64,000 bases of DNA from Eledone cirrhosa (GCA_964016885.1 OZ024742.1:295988001-296052000); one strand, 5' to 3'. Numbered from the stretch's first letter, positions 43,618-60,128 are shown. Numbers and translations: made by a program. Notes: generated from the sequence alone by a model not told the origin.

Positions 43618-43931
43618 TCATCATCATCACCGTTTTACGTCCGTTCTTCCACGCTAGCATGGGTTAGACGGGTTGTCCTGTTGTGGGCAGTGTCTGGTCG
43701 GCTGACCATGCCTTGCTCATACAGGAACTGATCTGGCTTGATTTCTACAGCTGGATGCCCTTCCTAACACCAACCTCATTTACAGTGAGTGCTGGGTGCT
43801 TTTTCGTGGCGCCTACACGTCCACTTTACAGTGTGGGCTGGGTGCTTTTTTGCCGTGGCACCTCCACGACCACCTTGCGGTGGGGGGGGGGGGGGGGGCA
43901 TATCGTTTATATGCTTCAGCATGTACCCATG
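43618..43931 (-). mobile_element. RTE family A, copy A3: essentially 3'UTR only
   Basis: Near-identical to 39624-39942. Confidence 0.93.
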
Positions 43932-44371
<440 letters not shown>

Positions 44372-44373
<2 letters not shown>

Positions 44374-45588
44374 TAGAGAATAAATTCCAAACCTGGAAGC
44401 AGGGACTAGAGAGAAAGGGCCTCAAAGTCAACATGACAAAGACTAAGGTCCTTATAAGTAGACGAGAAAACAGAACCCAGATCCCCTCAGGGAAATGGCC
44501 TTGCTCAGTATGTAGGAAAGGTGTAGGTAGGAACTCCATTCTTTGCCCCAAATGCAAACAATGGGTACACAAGAGATGTAGCGGGATCTCAGGAAGCTTA
44601 ATTAAGAATGTAGGATTCACATGCAGCAGCTGTGCTGAAACAGCAAGCAAACAGCCACAGGAAACAAGTACCACCAATCTCTGGGAGGGCCCTGTAGAAA
44701 CAGTAGACAGCTTCTGCTACCTAGGTGACCGAATTAGCAACGGAGGTGGGTGCTCAGAAAGTACAATAACTAGGGTAAGAACGGGATGGAAGAAGTTTAG
44801 GGAACTACTACCACTGCTAGCTGCAAAAGGCTTCTCCCTCAGAATGAAAGGCAGACTGTATGATGCGTGTATCCGAACAGCGATGCTGCATGGTAGTGAG
44901 ACCTGGGCGCTGAAGGTGGAAGACTTACGTAGATTAGAGAGAAACGAAGCCTGCATGCTCCGATGGATGTGTAACAGTAATATACGTGAACGACAAAGCA
45001 TAAATGAATTGAGAGAGAGACTGAGCATAAGAGGAATCAAATGCTGCGTGCAGGAGAGGCGGTTACGCTGGTATGGACATGTGATGCGTATAAAGGATGA
45101 CAGCTGCATTAAAAGGTGCAGAGCACTAGAAGTTGATGGAAACCGCGGAGTGGGGAGACCCAAGATGACTTGGGATGAGGTGATAAAAGCCGACCTTACC
45201 CAACTACACCTCTCAAAGTCAATGACACACGACCGTGACTTCTGGCGTCACGCAGTAATACAGGGTACCCGACCTCCCATGGGTACATGCTGAAGCATAT
45301 AAACGATATGCCCCCCCCCCCCCCACCGCAAGGTGGTCGTGGAGGTGCCACGGCAAAAAAGCACCCAGCCCACACTGTAAAGTGGACGTGTAGGCGCCAC
45401 GAAAAAGCACCCAGCACTCACTGTAAATGAGGTTGGTGTTAGGAAGGGCATCCAGCTGTAGAAATCAAGCCAGATCAGTTCCTGTATGAGCAAGGCATGG
45501 TCAGCCGACCAGACACTGCCCACAACAGGACAACCCGTCTAACCCATGCTAGCGTGGAAGAACGGACGTAAAACGGTGATGATGATGA
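44372..45588 (+). mobile_element. RTE family A, copy A4: 5'-truncated, opposite orientation
   Basis: Open frame LENKFQTW...PPMGTC, then 3'UTR and (ATG)n tail. Confidence 0.95.
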
Positions 45589-47410
<1,822 letters not shown>

Positions 47411-48493
47411 ATCATCATCATCAACGTTTAACGTCCGTGTTCCACGCTTGCATGGGTTTGGACGGGGGGTTTTCCCACTTGAGGCAAGAGTGATTGTCTT
47501 GGTCGCATAGGACTGTCTGGCAGGTTTTCTACAGTTGGATGCCCTTCCTAACACCAACCACATTTACAGTGTGGGTCTGGGAGGTTTTTACCGTGTTGCC
47601 TACATGGCCACATTACAGCGTGGACTGTGTGTTTTTTTGTCGTGACACCTACACGATCTCATTTGTTTCGGCCTGGATGTTGTGGCACCAACATAACTTT
47701 ACATAGAAGGGGGCGGTGTGGATGGGGTGGGGGTGGTGGGACGGGGGTGTATTTTGTTGGAGATGCCTACTGACTGTAGTAGGTTTTACTTTGTATTTAG
47801 GTAAGGCGGGTCTTCTCTATTACTGAGTACCGCCAAAGGTCTCGGTCCAGTAACATTGTCTTGGTGAGGTGTAAGTGTGTGAGGTCGGAGTTTATCAGCT
47901 CGTCCCAGGTTTTTCTGGGTCTGCCTATTCCGTGGCTACCATCTATCTTTATTGCCCTGCACTTTGTTATACAGCTATCGTCCTTCATGCGCATCACGTG
48001 ACCATACCAACGTAGCCTTCTCTCTAGTAAACAACATCTGATCCCTCTTATTTCTAATTTTTTCCTTAGTTCGTTTATGCTTTGCCGTTCACGTATATTA
48101 CTATTACACATCCAGCGGAGCATGCAAGCTTCGTTTCTCTCTAGTCTGCGTATATCCTCTGCACACAATGCCCAGGTCTCACTGCCATGCAACATTGCTG
48201 TTCGTATGCAGGCATCGTACAACCTGCCTTTCATTTTTAGGGAGAACCCTTTAGCGGCTAATAGTGGTATAAGCTCTCTGAACTTTTTCCACCCAGTTCT
48301 GACTCTAGCTACTGTACTTTCAGAGCACCCTCCCCCACTGCTGATTTTGTCACCCAGGTAACGGAAGCTGTCCACTATTTCTATAGAACCCTCTGCGCAG
48401 TTGAAAGAGCTAGTATTTTGTGGGCACTTGCTGCTACTTATTGCCCCAGAACACCGGCCACATGTAAAATCTATGTTCTTAGTTAGCTTACCT
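47411..48493 (-). mobile_element. RTE family B, copy B3: 5'-truncated
   Basis: C-terminal ORF 47797-48375 plus 3'UTR matching B2. Confidence 0.95.
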
Positions 48494-49415
48494 ATATATA
48501 TATATATATATATATAGGTATGTATTTATATACCTATATATATACCTATATATATATATATATATATACATATAGGTATGTATATATATATATAGGTATG
48601 TATATAATATATATAATATATAATATATATATATATATACATAGGTATGTGAAGGGGGTGGATTAGTGGTTTGGGCATTTGTTTTATGATCAAAAGATCC
48701 TGAACTGGGGGATACATTATGTCCTTGAGAAAGACTTCATTTAATAATTCTCCAGTTCACTCAGCTGGCAAAACTTGAGGTTTTTTCTGTAATTCCAGGG
48801 GCCAGTCTTGTTGTGTATGTCATACAAACCCCCTCTGAGAAACACTTCATGGGTGCATGTGTCTTTGGAATGTTCAGCCACTTACATATTAACTTCACAA
48901 ACTTCACAAACAGGCAGTTGATATTAGACACAAAATGTATCATCTTTATCATCATCCCCATCTTTGTTTTACATCAGGCTAGTAAAACAAGAATATATGT
49001 AAGTCAAATGTGGTTACCTGCTCATTTAGGAGGAAAGTAGCTGACTTTATTTGTTTCATCCCATCCAACCCCCGCCAGCATTGGAAAACAAATGTTAAAA
49101 GTGAATATCATGATGATGAAGAGGAAAAGGATGAAAGACAAAGTTGAACATGGCAGACTGACCATCACAAAACATTGTACTCAGTAAAATAGGTAGAATC
49201 ATGTGCTAACGCCATATTTGACAAAATAAAATTATTCTGTTAAAAAACCCTCAGAATGGAAAAAGTATGAGTATTGACATACATGGGACATGAACCCACA
49301 TCTTTGGTTTGCCGGACCATTGTGCTTCCATTACACCCTGCTTTGTCTCTCTCTATATTCTACTCAATGTTTTAACAACTCTGCTAATCATCCACCTATC
49401 TTTATATAAAATAGT

Positions 49416-51933
49416 GATCCTTGAGCCTAAGCAGATGTGCGAGGCTTTTCAAAAGCACTTTGCCAGATTGTTCGGAAGGGGCGGGGAGCCGTTTGGGGAA
49501 GTGGACTTCGGTCCATACCTCGACGGCCTGCCACGTCTCTCGAACAAGGAGGCGAAGTCCTGCGAGGAGCCGATTTCAGCCGCTGAGATAGAGGACGTGC
49601 TGAGCCAATGCGGCAAACGCAAATCCTCGGGTCTCGATGTTCTTCCATACAAACTATATCTAGCTATGCCGGACTTGTTCCCCGATCTCCTCGAGGCGGT
49701 CTACTGCAACTGGCAACAGAACGGGAGAATTCCCTGTGCTGTGACCAAGGGCGTAGTCACGCTAGTGAGGAAGGATGAGAACAAGGGGGGCGATATAAAT
49801 AATTTCAGGCCCATAACTCTGCCAAATACAGAGTTACAGATTTTGGCCAAGGTGCTAGCAAAGAAGTTGGCGCTTGTCATGGGCAACCTGGTGGGAGATG
49901 CGCAGACATGTGCTATCCCATCCAGGTCCATCCACGACAACCTCCACATCATGTGATACATCATAGAGAGGGTTTGGAATGAACCCGACTTGGATCAATC
50001 TAAGGCGTTCGATAGGGTCGACCTTGGTTACCTGGATGCGGTGCTAGCGGTGGCAGGCTTCGGACCCGTTTCAGGGGCTGGATCAATGCCATGCACAGCA
50101 GCCGCATCTGCTCTAGGGTCAAGGTGAATGGCTACCTCTCGGAGCCGTTCAAAATCGCGCGGTCCATCCGACAAGGGTGCCCTCTCACCTCCCTTCTGTA
50201 TGTAATGACTCTAGAGTCACTGTTGCAGAAGTTGGAGTTGTTGCAGGGCATCCCATTGGAACCGGGATTGCACAAAGCGGTATCAGCCTACGCCGATGAC
50301 GTAACAGTAATGGTGTCGACGGCCTCGGAAATCAGGGCGATTGGCACCTTACTGGAGGAGTACGAAAGGTTTACAGGGGCTAAGCTGAACCGGGACAAGT
50401 CGATCGGTCTGCAACTCGGCACGTGGAGGGGCAGATCGATGCCCTCCGATGGCGTCGTCGGGCGCTGGACAGAGGGCCCGGTGAAGTTGCTTGGAGTCTG
50501 GTTCGGACCAGACCTCCAGGTGGAGAAGAACTGGGGTGAGGTAACAAACAGGGTGTTTGCACTGACCCAGAAGTGGGCCGAGTGCAAACTGTCCCTGAGA
50601 GGTCGGGCGGAGGTGGCGAACACTTATATAAAGTCTGTCATCTACTACCTCCTGACTGTTGTGCCTTGCCCAAGGGAAACGCTCGCCAAAATGGAGCTCG
50701 CACTCTTTCAATTCCTTTGGAAGAAGCGGGCTCCTATGGTGAGGAGATCCATCTGCTGTCAACACCCTTCGAAAGGAGGGCTGGGGATGCTGTGGCTAAT
50801 GATACGTAAACACGCATTAAGGCTACGGCACCTCCAGGTATTCCTCACCGGTAAACCGGTGTGGGCCCCATTTGTGAGACGAGCCTTTCCCAGACTTGTC
50901 TCACTCATCGAGCTGCAATCCTGGGTCAAGCAAAGACCGAGAAAACTGGGCGCCTGGCACACCGAGTGTGTCCAGGTGCTCACGGCTCTCTGGCAGGCGG
51001 ACCCGGCTGTCAGTGGAGACTCCACCTCGTCATTCTATAGAGGGCTGGTGGTTAGTAGGTGCGACGATGCCCTCGGAGAAGCCCTAGGCATGGAGGAAGA
51101 CGAACTGGCCAACCTGTTCGGTAGGACATTCAGCCCGGCACCCATGGATAACTTCCAGAGGTCCCTGGCCTGGCAATGCTACCGAGGAGCTCTGCCCATT
51201 CGAGAAAGGCTCTATAGACACGGGCGCCCGGGTAGGGACCCCTCGAAAAAGATCTGTCCCAGATGCGTGTGCAAGGAAACCATTGCACACACATTGGTAC
51301 ACTGCTCGGGCATTGCCGACCTGTGGGGCTATGTCGAACAACTGCTGTCAAGGGTGGGACCGATCCGGTTGACCACCGAGTCTATTGTAACAATCAAGCC
51401 GCCTCCCCTCTTCAAAAACGAAGGAGAGGTGGTGTTTCTGTGCGTAATAGCCATGGCAAAAGAGGTTGTATGGTGGATGCGTCTGAAAGGACTGAGGTCA
51501 GACACCTTTCTCTCTGGCCAACAACTGGTCTGTTTCTTCCGATATCATTTCGGAAGAAGGATCAGGATGGAGCGGGAGGTGCTGCACCCCAGCTGTTTTT
51601 ATGAGAGATGGGTGAGGGTGGCGGGAGTGGCCCGTGTGAATGGGCCTTCACTCTACATCAGACTATAGGTGAGGAAGATGAAAGATCAAGGGAGCACACC
51701 CTCTCTGTGCTCCTGAGGAGAAGGGTTGCGCACTTTTTTTCGGGGATGTGTGCGACCCCCCAAGTCGTCTCCTCCCTATTGAGGATTTTGTTATTAAATT
51801 TATTTTGTTATATTTTATTTTATTTTTATATCTTGTTATTGCCTCCTCCTTATTGAGGACGCCTTTTTATGTAAACTCCCCCCATTGTACTTGTCCGACT
51901 TTTTGATGCCCTGGTGGCAAATAAAAAGAAAGT
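49416..51933 (+). mobile_element. 5'-truncated Tx1/L1-clade LINE, disrupted ORF2 (RT plus C-terminal Cys/His motif), 19-bp TSD
   Basis: NFRPITL, LDQSKAFDRV, IRQGCPL, AYADDV, CPRC..ETIAHTLVHC; TSD tatctttatataaaatagt at 49397-49415 and 51934-51952; stop at 49954 and frameshift near 50070. Confidence 0.92.
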
Positions 51934-52599
51934 TATCTTTATATAAAATAGTCAATAATAACTGTAATATAACTTTGTTATTAACTATAGATTATTTTAT
52001 GGAGAAGATATTACTTAAAAATTTGATTAACATTTAGTAACGTTTAGTAGTTTTTGTTATTTTTTCTAACTGAATACTTCCTAATTGTAAATTACTTAAA
52101 CCAATATAATTCAGTCTTTCAGAATAGCATTTTGAAATGAGCTAGAGAGCTTTAATTTCTGTGGAACTTGATATTTTGATTAAAGATACTTATCTGAAAC
52201 ACATAATCAATACAGTAATAATACTAGACATTGGAAATTGTTCTTATTAAATAATTTTCCATGAAAGCTTATTCAATAGATCTTAATAGACTTTAATGAT
52301 TGGTTGACTAATTCACTTTTCAAATGGAGAGCTTCTAATAAAATCTTCTGGTGATGATAATCTTATTCTTAAATTATATCCTCAAATTATTTGTTGAGAA
52401 CAGAGATAGTTATCAATTGCATGAAATATTATTCAATCTTTTCTTCTTGAAAATATGTTACTTTTATTCATTAATCATCATCTTTTTTATGTCTATTTTT
52501 GAATGTTGGTAAACTGCAGTGAATCAACCTGTCTATGGGAGTGGTAACTCCAAATGAATACTGACACATTGGACTATCATTTAGGACAGTAATAACTCC

Positions 52600-52970
52600 A
52601 TATAAAAATTGTATGAACTGGGTGCTTTTTGCTTTGTCACCAATATGACCACGTTATAGTGTGGACTGGATGCTTTCTGTTGTGGCACCAACACAACCAC
52701 ATTACAGTGTGTGCTGGGAGCTTTTTGTCCTGTCACCAACGCATCCACTTTACAGTGTGGGCTGAGCAGCTTTTGTTGTGCTACTAAGATGACCACTTTA
52801 CAGTGTGGACTGGACACTTTTTGTCATGTCACCAAACAACCACTTTACAGAGTTGATTGGGCACTTTTGCTGTGATACTATGATGACCACTTCACAGATC
52901 GGGCTAAGAGTTTTTGTCATGTTGCCAACATGCCTACTTTAGGGAGTGGACTAAGTGGTTATTGTCGTGT
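52600..52970. repeat. Degenerate ~45-bp minisatellite related to the RTE 3'UTR internal repeat
   Basis: About 7-8 units of 'ccactttacagtgtgg.ctgg..gctttttgt..tg.cacc'. Confidence 0.8.
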
Positions 52971-53245
52971 CTCTTCAATTAACTACCTAATAATATACTT
53001 ATAAAATGTAGTTTGATTTAGTTTATAATTAAAACATATTTTTTAATAGTAACAGTACTGCATCTTTAAGGTTTATATCTAAAGTAGATCCAGACATAGC
53101 TGTGTGGTTAAGAATTTCTCTTTACAGTCCCTTGGTTTCATATTCAATCCTACTGCATGGCACCATGAGCAAGTATCTTCTGTAATACCTGTGTGTCGAT
53201 TAATGCCTGGTGAGTGACTTTGTGGAAGCCCATTATATATATATA

Positions 53246-53346
53246 TAGGGTGTCCCCATAAAATGCATACACACTTCAACAGCATTCTAATAAATATTGC
53301 TTGCACAGGTAATCAAAGTATGTATACATTTTTAAGGGACACCCTG
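53246..53346. mobile_element. ~100-bp Tc1/mariner-type MITE
   Basis: TIRs 'agggtgtccccataaaatgcatac'/'gtatacatttttaagggacaccctg', TA-flanked. Confidence 0.75.
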
Positions 53347-53742
53347 TATATGTGCTTGTGTGTGTGTGTGTGTGTCTCTCTGTGTGTCTTCTGCACATCT
53401 TCACACTGACTCCCTCTAAGCAATTAATGATTTTTTTTTTTATACCCTGTAATTTTTATATTTTAACATAAATCATTGGTATACACCTTTTTGAAAAATA
53501 AAGTATGGGATGGCATCAAAAAGGAACCCCAGATATCAAATACTGCCCAATAAATATTGTCTAAACCATGCCAACATGGAAAAGTGGGTGTAAAAATGAC
53601 AATGATGATGATGATAAACTAAAATACATTTTTAATGTCAGTAGTACTGTATCTTAAAAATAGAATCTCTATTTTATGCATATGCTGCAATTTGTATTTC
53701 ATGCAGAAATTATATTAACAAGAAAGACATTCTGCTAAATTT

Positions 53743-53798
<56 letters not shown>

Positions 53799-54984
53799 TT
53801 TTTTTTTTTTGCAAAGATATTCAATTAAGAAAGATTCTTTTGCACAAGGTCTGTGCTAATTATTTTGATATAATTGAAGGTTTACAAAAATATTTAATGA
53901 CAATAAAATTTGAATTGAAAATAAAGGTTTGTTCCTAATTATAACTTGGCAGGAGCAAGACAGGCCACTTGTACAGAATGTACACTACACCTAATTATCA
54001 CATGATATTTATATTAAAAAAAACATGTGTATATATATTTACTCAGAATACACAAAAACATACTTTTTAAGTTACCAAACACCATGGTCACATACTCATG
54101 CATACATACATTTACAAACATTCACACACAAACACACACACATTCACACATGTACATTTAAACGCATTCACACACATACACCCACACATTTATACACATG
54201 CACACACTTCAATAATAGTTTCCATGTGATCATGTATTGCATTGTAACAAATTACACAGCTGCCATATTTAAACATTTTTAAAGTGTTTATATTTATTTT
54301 AAAAAACCTGATTTTATGTAAAACTCTTAAAATATGCTACAAACACCAGATAAATCGTGAGAAAGTTAGTTATATTACTAAATCCCTTCAGAATTTTGAA
54401 TATTTTCACAATTAATTAAAACACCGGGGCTATATATTTTGCTAGAAATATGGTAATGAAAGGATTAAATGAAATGTATAACAATAATACAGAAAGGAAA
54501 TTCAAAATAAATCAATACAGTGCAATGTTTATAGACATTTAATACTTTCAAATGCCATAACAAAATATGATACATCCCATTCCATAACCTAATCAGATGG
54601 TTCATGCAAGAGTCTGTATGTGTGCACTATTTTGGTTAAGTGTTTAATCTCTAACTTAGAAAGAAGGCTTAATTGTGAACTAATGCTTGTTATTTGTTGA
54701 GCAGATAAGCTTGTTGTTGAGCCAGTAGCTAGCTTAAATCAGTACACTACCTGCAAATAACAGCTTTAACAGTCTTGACTAATAGAAGTTACCATTGTCA
54801 AAGGGCTGAACCAGGGAATATTTTATCCCTAAAACAATACTTTGCAAATATAGATACTTCTTCCAGTTGTCAAGGTTTCCTCCCTTCCGTGTCTCAGAAT
54901 TTACATACACACTACTCTATTGTAGTGGTCACAGATAGTGTTCTCCCTAAACTGTAGAAGTGCACAGCTGCTGTATAGGTCCAA

Positions 54985-55322
54985 CACACACAAAAATGTT
55001 GCTACACATAAAAATAGTATCCCATAGTAACTTTGCAATATTGCTACACACTTCAAAATGTCTCTGCTCAGTTACTTTGAAATGTTACAGTATACATCAG
55101 TGTTGCTGCTTAGTAGCTTTGAAATTTTGCCACACACAACAAAATATTGCTGCTCAGTAGCTTTGAAATTTTGCCACACACAACAAAATATTGCTGCTCA
55201 GTAGCTTTGAAATGTTGCCATACATATAAAAATGTTGCCACACATATCAAAATATTGCTGCTCAATAGCTTTGAAATGTTGCCACAGGCATCAAAATATT
55301 GTTGCCATACAGTAGCTTTGAA
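54985..55322. repeat. ~43-bp degenerate minisatellite
   Basis: 'tgctcagtagctttgaaattttgccacacacaacaaaatattgc' units. Confidence 0.85.
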
Positions 55323-56909
55323 TTAAAAATATTTTTGTTGAAAGTATCAAAAATTTCGCTCAGAGGTTGAGAAAAGTTTGAAGGAAAGTTGCTCAACTAT
55401 ATTGAAAAAAAGCCATGTGTCTTATAGACAAGTTTATTTATTTCACAGGCAACAAACACTAGTTTACAATGAAGCTTCATTTCTAAAGCAGTGTTTGAAC
55501 AATTAACCACTCTTTTACAGATAAATATAGTGCTCTAACCCTTTTGCTATCAAATCAGTTCTGGATCTATAAAATAAAATCACCCATTTTAAAGGTTTCC
55601 AATTTAAATTAAAATCTCCCAACATAATTTTATATCAGAACCTTACATTATATTACTATCTTAGTGAGGAAATAATTAATAATTTAACTAAATTCCTCAA
55701 AATTCTTCATTAATTATTTTAACTAGAGTGTTTTTCATTAGAAATGCAATCATGAAAGGATAGTTTCAATCAGTTAGGTGTCTTTACCAATCTGTTATTA
55801 AACATGGCTAGGGCCAGTAAAAGCAAAAATCTATCAGATCTATGCTAATATTAGTTTTTGTCTTATAAAGATTATTTTACTTGATTTTTGTTGGATCTTA
55901 TGTAGCAGTGTGGTGAATAAGATTATGAACTGTACTGGGCTGCACAGTAATGCAGCCCAAAATCTCAATTGCAACTAATAATTGTTTCTACTTTTGGCAC
56001 CTAATAATGTGGAATGGTTCATCACTAAATATTTGATTGTCAGCTATTTTAGTGGTCTTTTATTACTTTACTAGTTTAAATCATTAGGCTGTGTTTATAC
56101 TGGAGCACCACACTCAAGGATTTTAGTCAATCATATTGACCCCAGTATAAAATTCAGTCTGGCATTTATTACTGGTTGCTATTCATCAGGTGACTGAGTT
56201 ATCTTTTGAAGTAAAGTGATGCAATTTGACATACTATATGATATAAAAAAATACAGACAGGTACACACATATATACATATATATATATTCCAGAGTGCAG
56301 GTATAGCTGAGTGGTTAAGAGGTTTGCTTCACAATCACATGGTTTCAGGTTCTATTCCACTCTGTGGCATTTTGAATGAGTGTCTTCTATTATATAATAA
56401 CCTAGAGCCAACCAATGTATTCTGTAAATGTGGGTGGCATTAGGAAGGACATCCAGCCATAGAAACCAAGCCAGAAATAGTTCTGTATGAGCATGTCTCG
56501 GGCACCCGACCTACCTTCTCTCACTACAGGATAGCTCATCTAACCCATTCTAGCATGGATGTTAAACAGTACTGATGGTGATGATATGTTTATAGTATCT
56601 TTACTAGTTGACAGATCATAGTGAAAATTAACAGTATTAAAGTAAAGACAAGAATTTAGAATGTGCTGTTATCATAGTGCTCGGGTAATGCGGTTTCATG
56701 TGGTAGAGAACATTGAGTAACATTTTGTTACTTAAAGTACTATTACTTAGGTTGCCATTCTCTATTAAACAAGTGTAGCATTCATTGTACAAAGATGTCA
56801 ATTTTATACTGTTAACATTCCATGCAGTGCTTTCTTCTCAATGTTTTTCTGACATTTACATCCATATCAATTTGCCTGAAGTGTCTGTTAAGAACCCCTA
56901 ATGTTGTTT

Positions 56910-56959
<50 letters not shown>

Positions 56960-56998
56960 GCGCATGTGAGTGTATATATACACATATATATATATATA

Positions 56999-57029
<31 letters not shown>

Positions 57030-57171
57030 GTAAATCATGCATTCAATTGGGGTAATCACAGTTAGTCAGGTACTCAATACATAGCAGAGTATAAATTTTA
57101 ATATAGAAATGGCTTCTACATATATGCATATGCATGGAATATGGACGTTAAACGATGAAGATGATGATGAT

Positions 57172-57392
57172 GATATTGTTATACTTTGGGAGGGTCATGT
57201 TGCAATAAGAAACACACGCACCACTCGCTTTCACTCCAATTTATTATTTTTTTTCTTTAAATTTCCGGTTGATTGGTTGGTTGGTTCCACAACCGGACGG
57301 TTGTTCATATATTGTCAGTTCTTTCGTCACTCATTCTGTGACCTCTTCAGTGACTGGGGATTCTTTTCTTTGTTCTGTGGTACACCATCTTC
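57172..57392 (-). mobile_element. Penelope-like terminal-repeat remnant, same family as 23850-24085, with defective hammerhead at 57314-57354
   Basis: Colinear similarity; gtca-CTGAAGA-g-gtcac..gtgac-GAAA-gaac-tgac lacks the UH dinucleotide. Confidence 0.75.
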
Positions 57393-57412
57393 TTATATAT
57401 ATATATATATAT

Positions 57413-57760
57413 GGAGGCACATGGCTTAGTGGTTAGAGCATTGGCCCTGCAATCGAAAGGTTGTGAGTTCAATTCTCAGATCGGGCAATGTGTTGTTTCC
57501 TTGAGCAAGGCACTTTATTTCACATTGCTCCAGTTTACTCAGCTGTAGAAATGAGATGATAGGGACAGGGGTCCATATCATTCCACTGTAAAGTGGACGT
57601 GTAGGTGCCACGGCAAAAAAGCACCCAGCACTCACTGCAAATGAGGTTGGTGTTAGGAAGGGCATCCAGCTGTAGAAATCGAGCCAGAATCAGTTCCCGT
57701 CCCACCCTTGCAAGCAGGGAAAAAGCGGACGTAAAATGAAATGATGATGATGATGATGAT
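57413..57760 (+). mobile_element. SINE of the 24572 family with (ATG)n tail
   Basis: High similarity to 24572-24897. Confidence 0.88.
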
Positions 57761-57795
57761 ATATAGTTATGTAATAAACAACATAAGATAATTAT

Positions 57796-57856
57796 TTCAT
57801 TAACCACTGGTTTCAAGAAGGCAGATGTTATGTTTGTCTTCAGTCGTCAGAATGAA
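57796..57856 (-). ncRNA. Type I hammerhead, partly decayed stem II; same family as 58498-58557
   Basis: ttcatt-CTGACGA-ct-gaagac...gccttc-tt-GAAA-cc(agt)g-GTT-aatgaa; shared downstream 'ataatt..cttatgttgtttattacataa'. Confidence 0.65.
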
Positions 57857-58497
57857 TAAATAACATGGTGTTTTTATTAAATATCGATTTGAAAACCAGT
57901 GTATATATGTATATACACATATATATATACACATATATATATGTATATACATATATGTATATACATATATGTGTATATACATATATGTATATATGTATAT
58001 GTATATATATACATATGTGTATATACATATATGTGACTTTGGATATCCTGCAGGAATAAAAACAAAACCTGTCAAAGAGCAAAGGAGCTCTTAAGAGTCA
58101 ATAGCCATCCAAAATCACGGGGAGAGATGACCAAGGCAGAATTCTAGGAGAAGGAAAACTCTGATATAACACCTGCAACTCTGATGGTATCCAATGATGT
58201 TGACTTGTTCTTCTTTTTGGGTAATATCATCTTGGTTAAGAGAGTGGGACTGGCTTTGTGCATGTGTATGTATATATATATGTGTATATATATATATATA
58301 TATCTATATATATATATATATGTATATATCTATATATATGTGTATATATATAATGTATATATCTATATTTTTCTATATATATATATATACATAAATGAAG
58401 TAATTCCATCAGAAAAGTCCAGGAAAAAAGAGTGCTCTATGTAGGCAACAGAGCTTAATTATTATGTAATCCAAATTCAATAAACAAACCAGGATTT

Positions 58498-58557
58498 TTC
58501 CGTTCTGAGGATTGAAAGCAAAACCTTTTGCTTTTAAGAAACCACTAGTAAATGGAA
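58498..58557 (+). ncRNA. Type I hammerhead ribozyme
   Basis: ttccgtt-CTGAGGA-ttgaaagcaaaa(cc)ttttgcttttaa-GAAA-c(cacta)GTA-aatggaa; 7-bp stem I, ~11-bp stem II, minimal stem III. Confidence 0.85.
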
Positions 58558-59191
58558 TAATTGCCTTATGTTGTTTATTACATAATAATATATATATACA
58601 TATATATTTATATATATATGTATATATATATATGTGTATGTATATATATATATATATGTGTATGTATATATATATGTGTATGTATATATATATATATGTG
58701 TATGTATATATATATATGTGTATGAATATATATATATGTGTATGTATATATATATGTGTATATATATATATATGTGTATATATATATATATGTGTATGTA
58801 TATATATATGTGTATATATATATATGTGTGTATATATGTATATATATATGTGTGTGTATATAACTTGTTATAATGTCATAATAGTTTCTTTGTTCTTTTT
58901 CATTAATATATGTATATATATGTATATATATGTATATATATATAGGCTTCTCTGATGATATATATATGTATATATATGTATATATATTGTTATACTTGGG
59001 GAGGGTCATATTTGTGTAATATTGCCAGAATTAATAACAGAACACACTCACTGTTTGGTTGGTTTTCGCTTCTCGCTTCTGTGTCTTTTATATCGGTAAT
59101 CTAACTTACTCGGTCCTCAATGTTGCCATTGACTGACCGACGGTCAAAAACAATACAGATACAATATAGACACAAACACATATATGTAGTT

Positions 59192-59235
59192 TATCATAAA
59201 TCTTTCGTTGCACATCTGCAACATCGTCAGTGGTG
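59192..59235 (-). ncRNA. Minimal hammerhead in inverted pLTR
   Basis: Reverse complement of 60394-60437. Confidence 0.55.
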
Positions 59236-59506
59236 TTATATTTTCCTCCTGTTGTATTGTATGTCTACGCCATTTTTATTCAGTCTGTCTATATATTTAT
59301 TTGCTTGTTTGTTTATTTTATTTTGTCTTCTTTGCGCATGCGTGTGTGTATAGTGTTTTGTTTGCTGTGTGATGGGTGACTAGTGTGTGTTTATGTGCTT
59401 GTTGTTATTGTGCTTGTGTATGTATTTATTTATTTATTTATTTTATTTTATTTACTTATTTATTTATTTATTTATACTTCTCTTAGGTCAGTGTTGTTTG
59501 TTTGGG

Positions 59507-60128
59507 CTTAGATAGGGCTAGACATAAGATAGGGAAAGCCACCTCATGGTACACCAACCAGAGATACCAGAGTGTCATGTTTGTGGACGCCACCCCTGGA
59601 GGGAAATTAGCTAACCAGTGTAGAAAGGCCCTGAGAAAGACCCACTTAAAAATAAAGGTGGTAGAAAAGCCAGGAACCACCATAAAATCCCTGATCAGCA
59701 AAACCTACCCTTTTAAGAAAACCCACTGTACCAATAGGAAATGTATCATATGTAAGGTGGACCCCCGGATAAACTGTAAAACTAGAAACGTAGTCTATAG
59801 CATAAGATGTACAGAGGGTACTTGCAGAAACATGACAACAACATACATAGGTGAGACAGCTCGTAGCATAGGTGAAAGGATAGACCAACACTGGGGGGAA
59901 CTAAAAGGACGAAAAAACGGGTCAGTACTATACGAACATGCTAGACAACAACATGACGGCAACATAGACAACATAGAAATTAGAATAATATCTAAACATA
60001 GAAATGACCCAGCAGATAGTCAAATCAGAGAGGCCAGTGAAATAGAAATTAGAAGACCAAGGCTAAACAGAAAGAATGAATGGAATAACAACAACACCCA
60101 AACAAACAACACTGACCTAAGAGAAGTA

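Noticed and set aside
54985-55322. Regularly spaced repeats, also 52600-52970, as a possible CRISPR array
   Set aside because: Contiguous degenerate tandem units with no unique spacers, no cas genes, eukaryotic context
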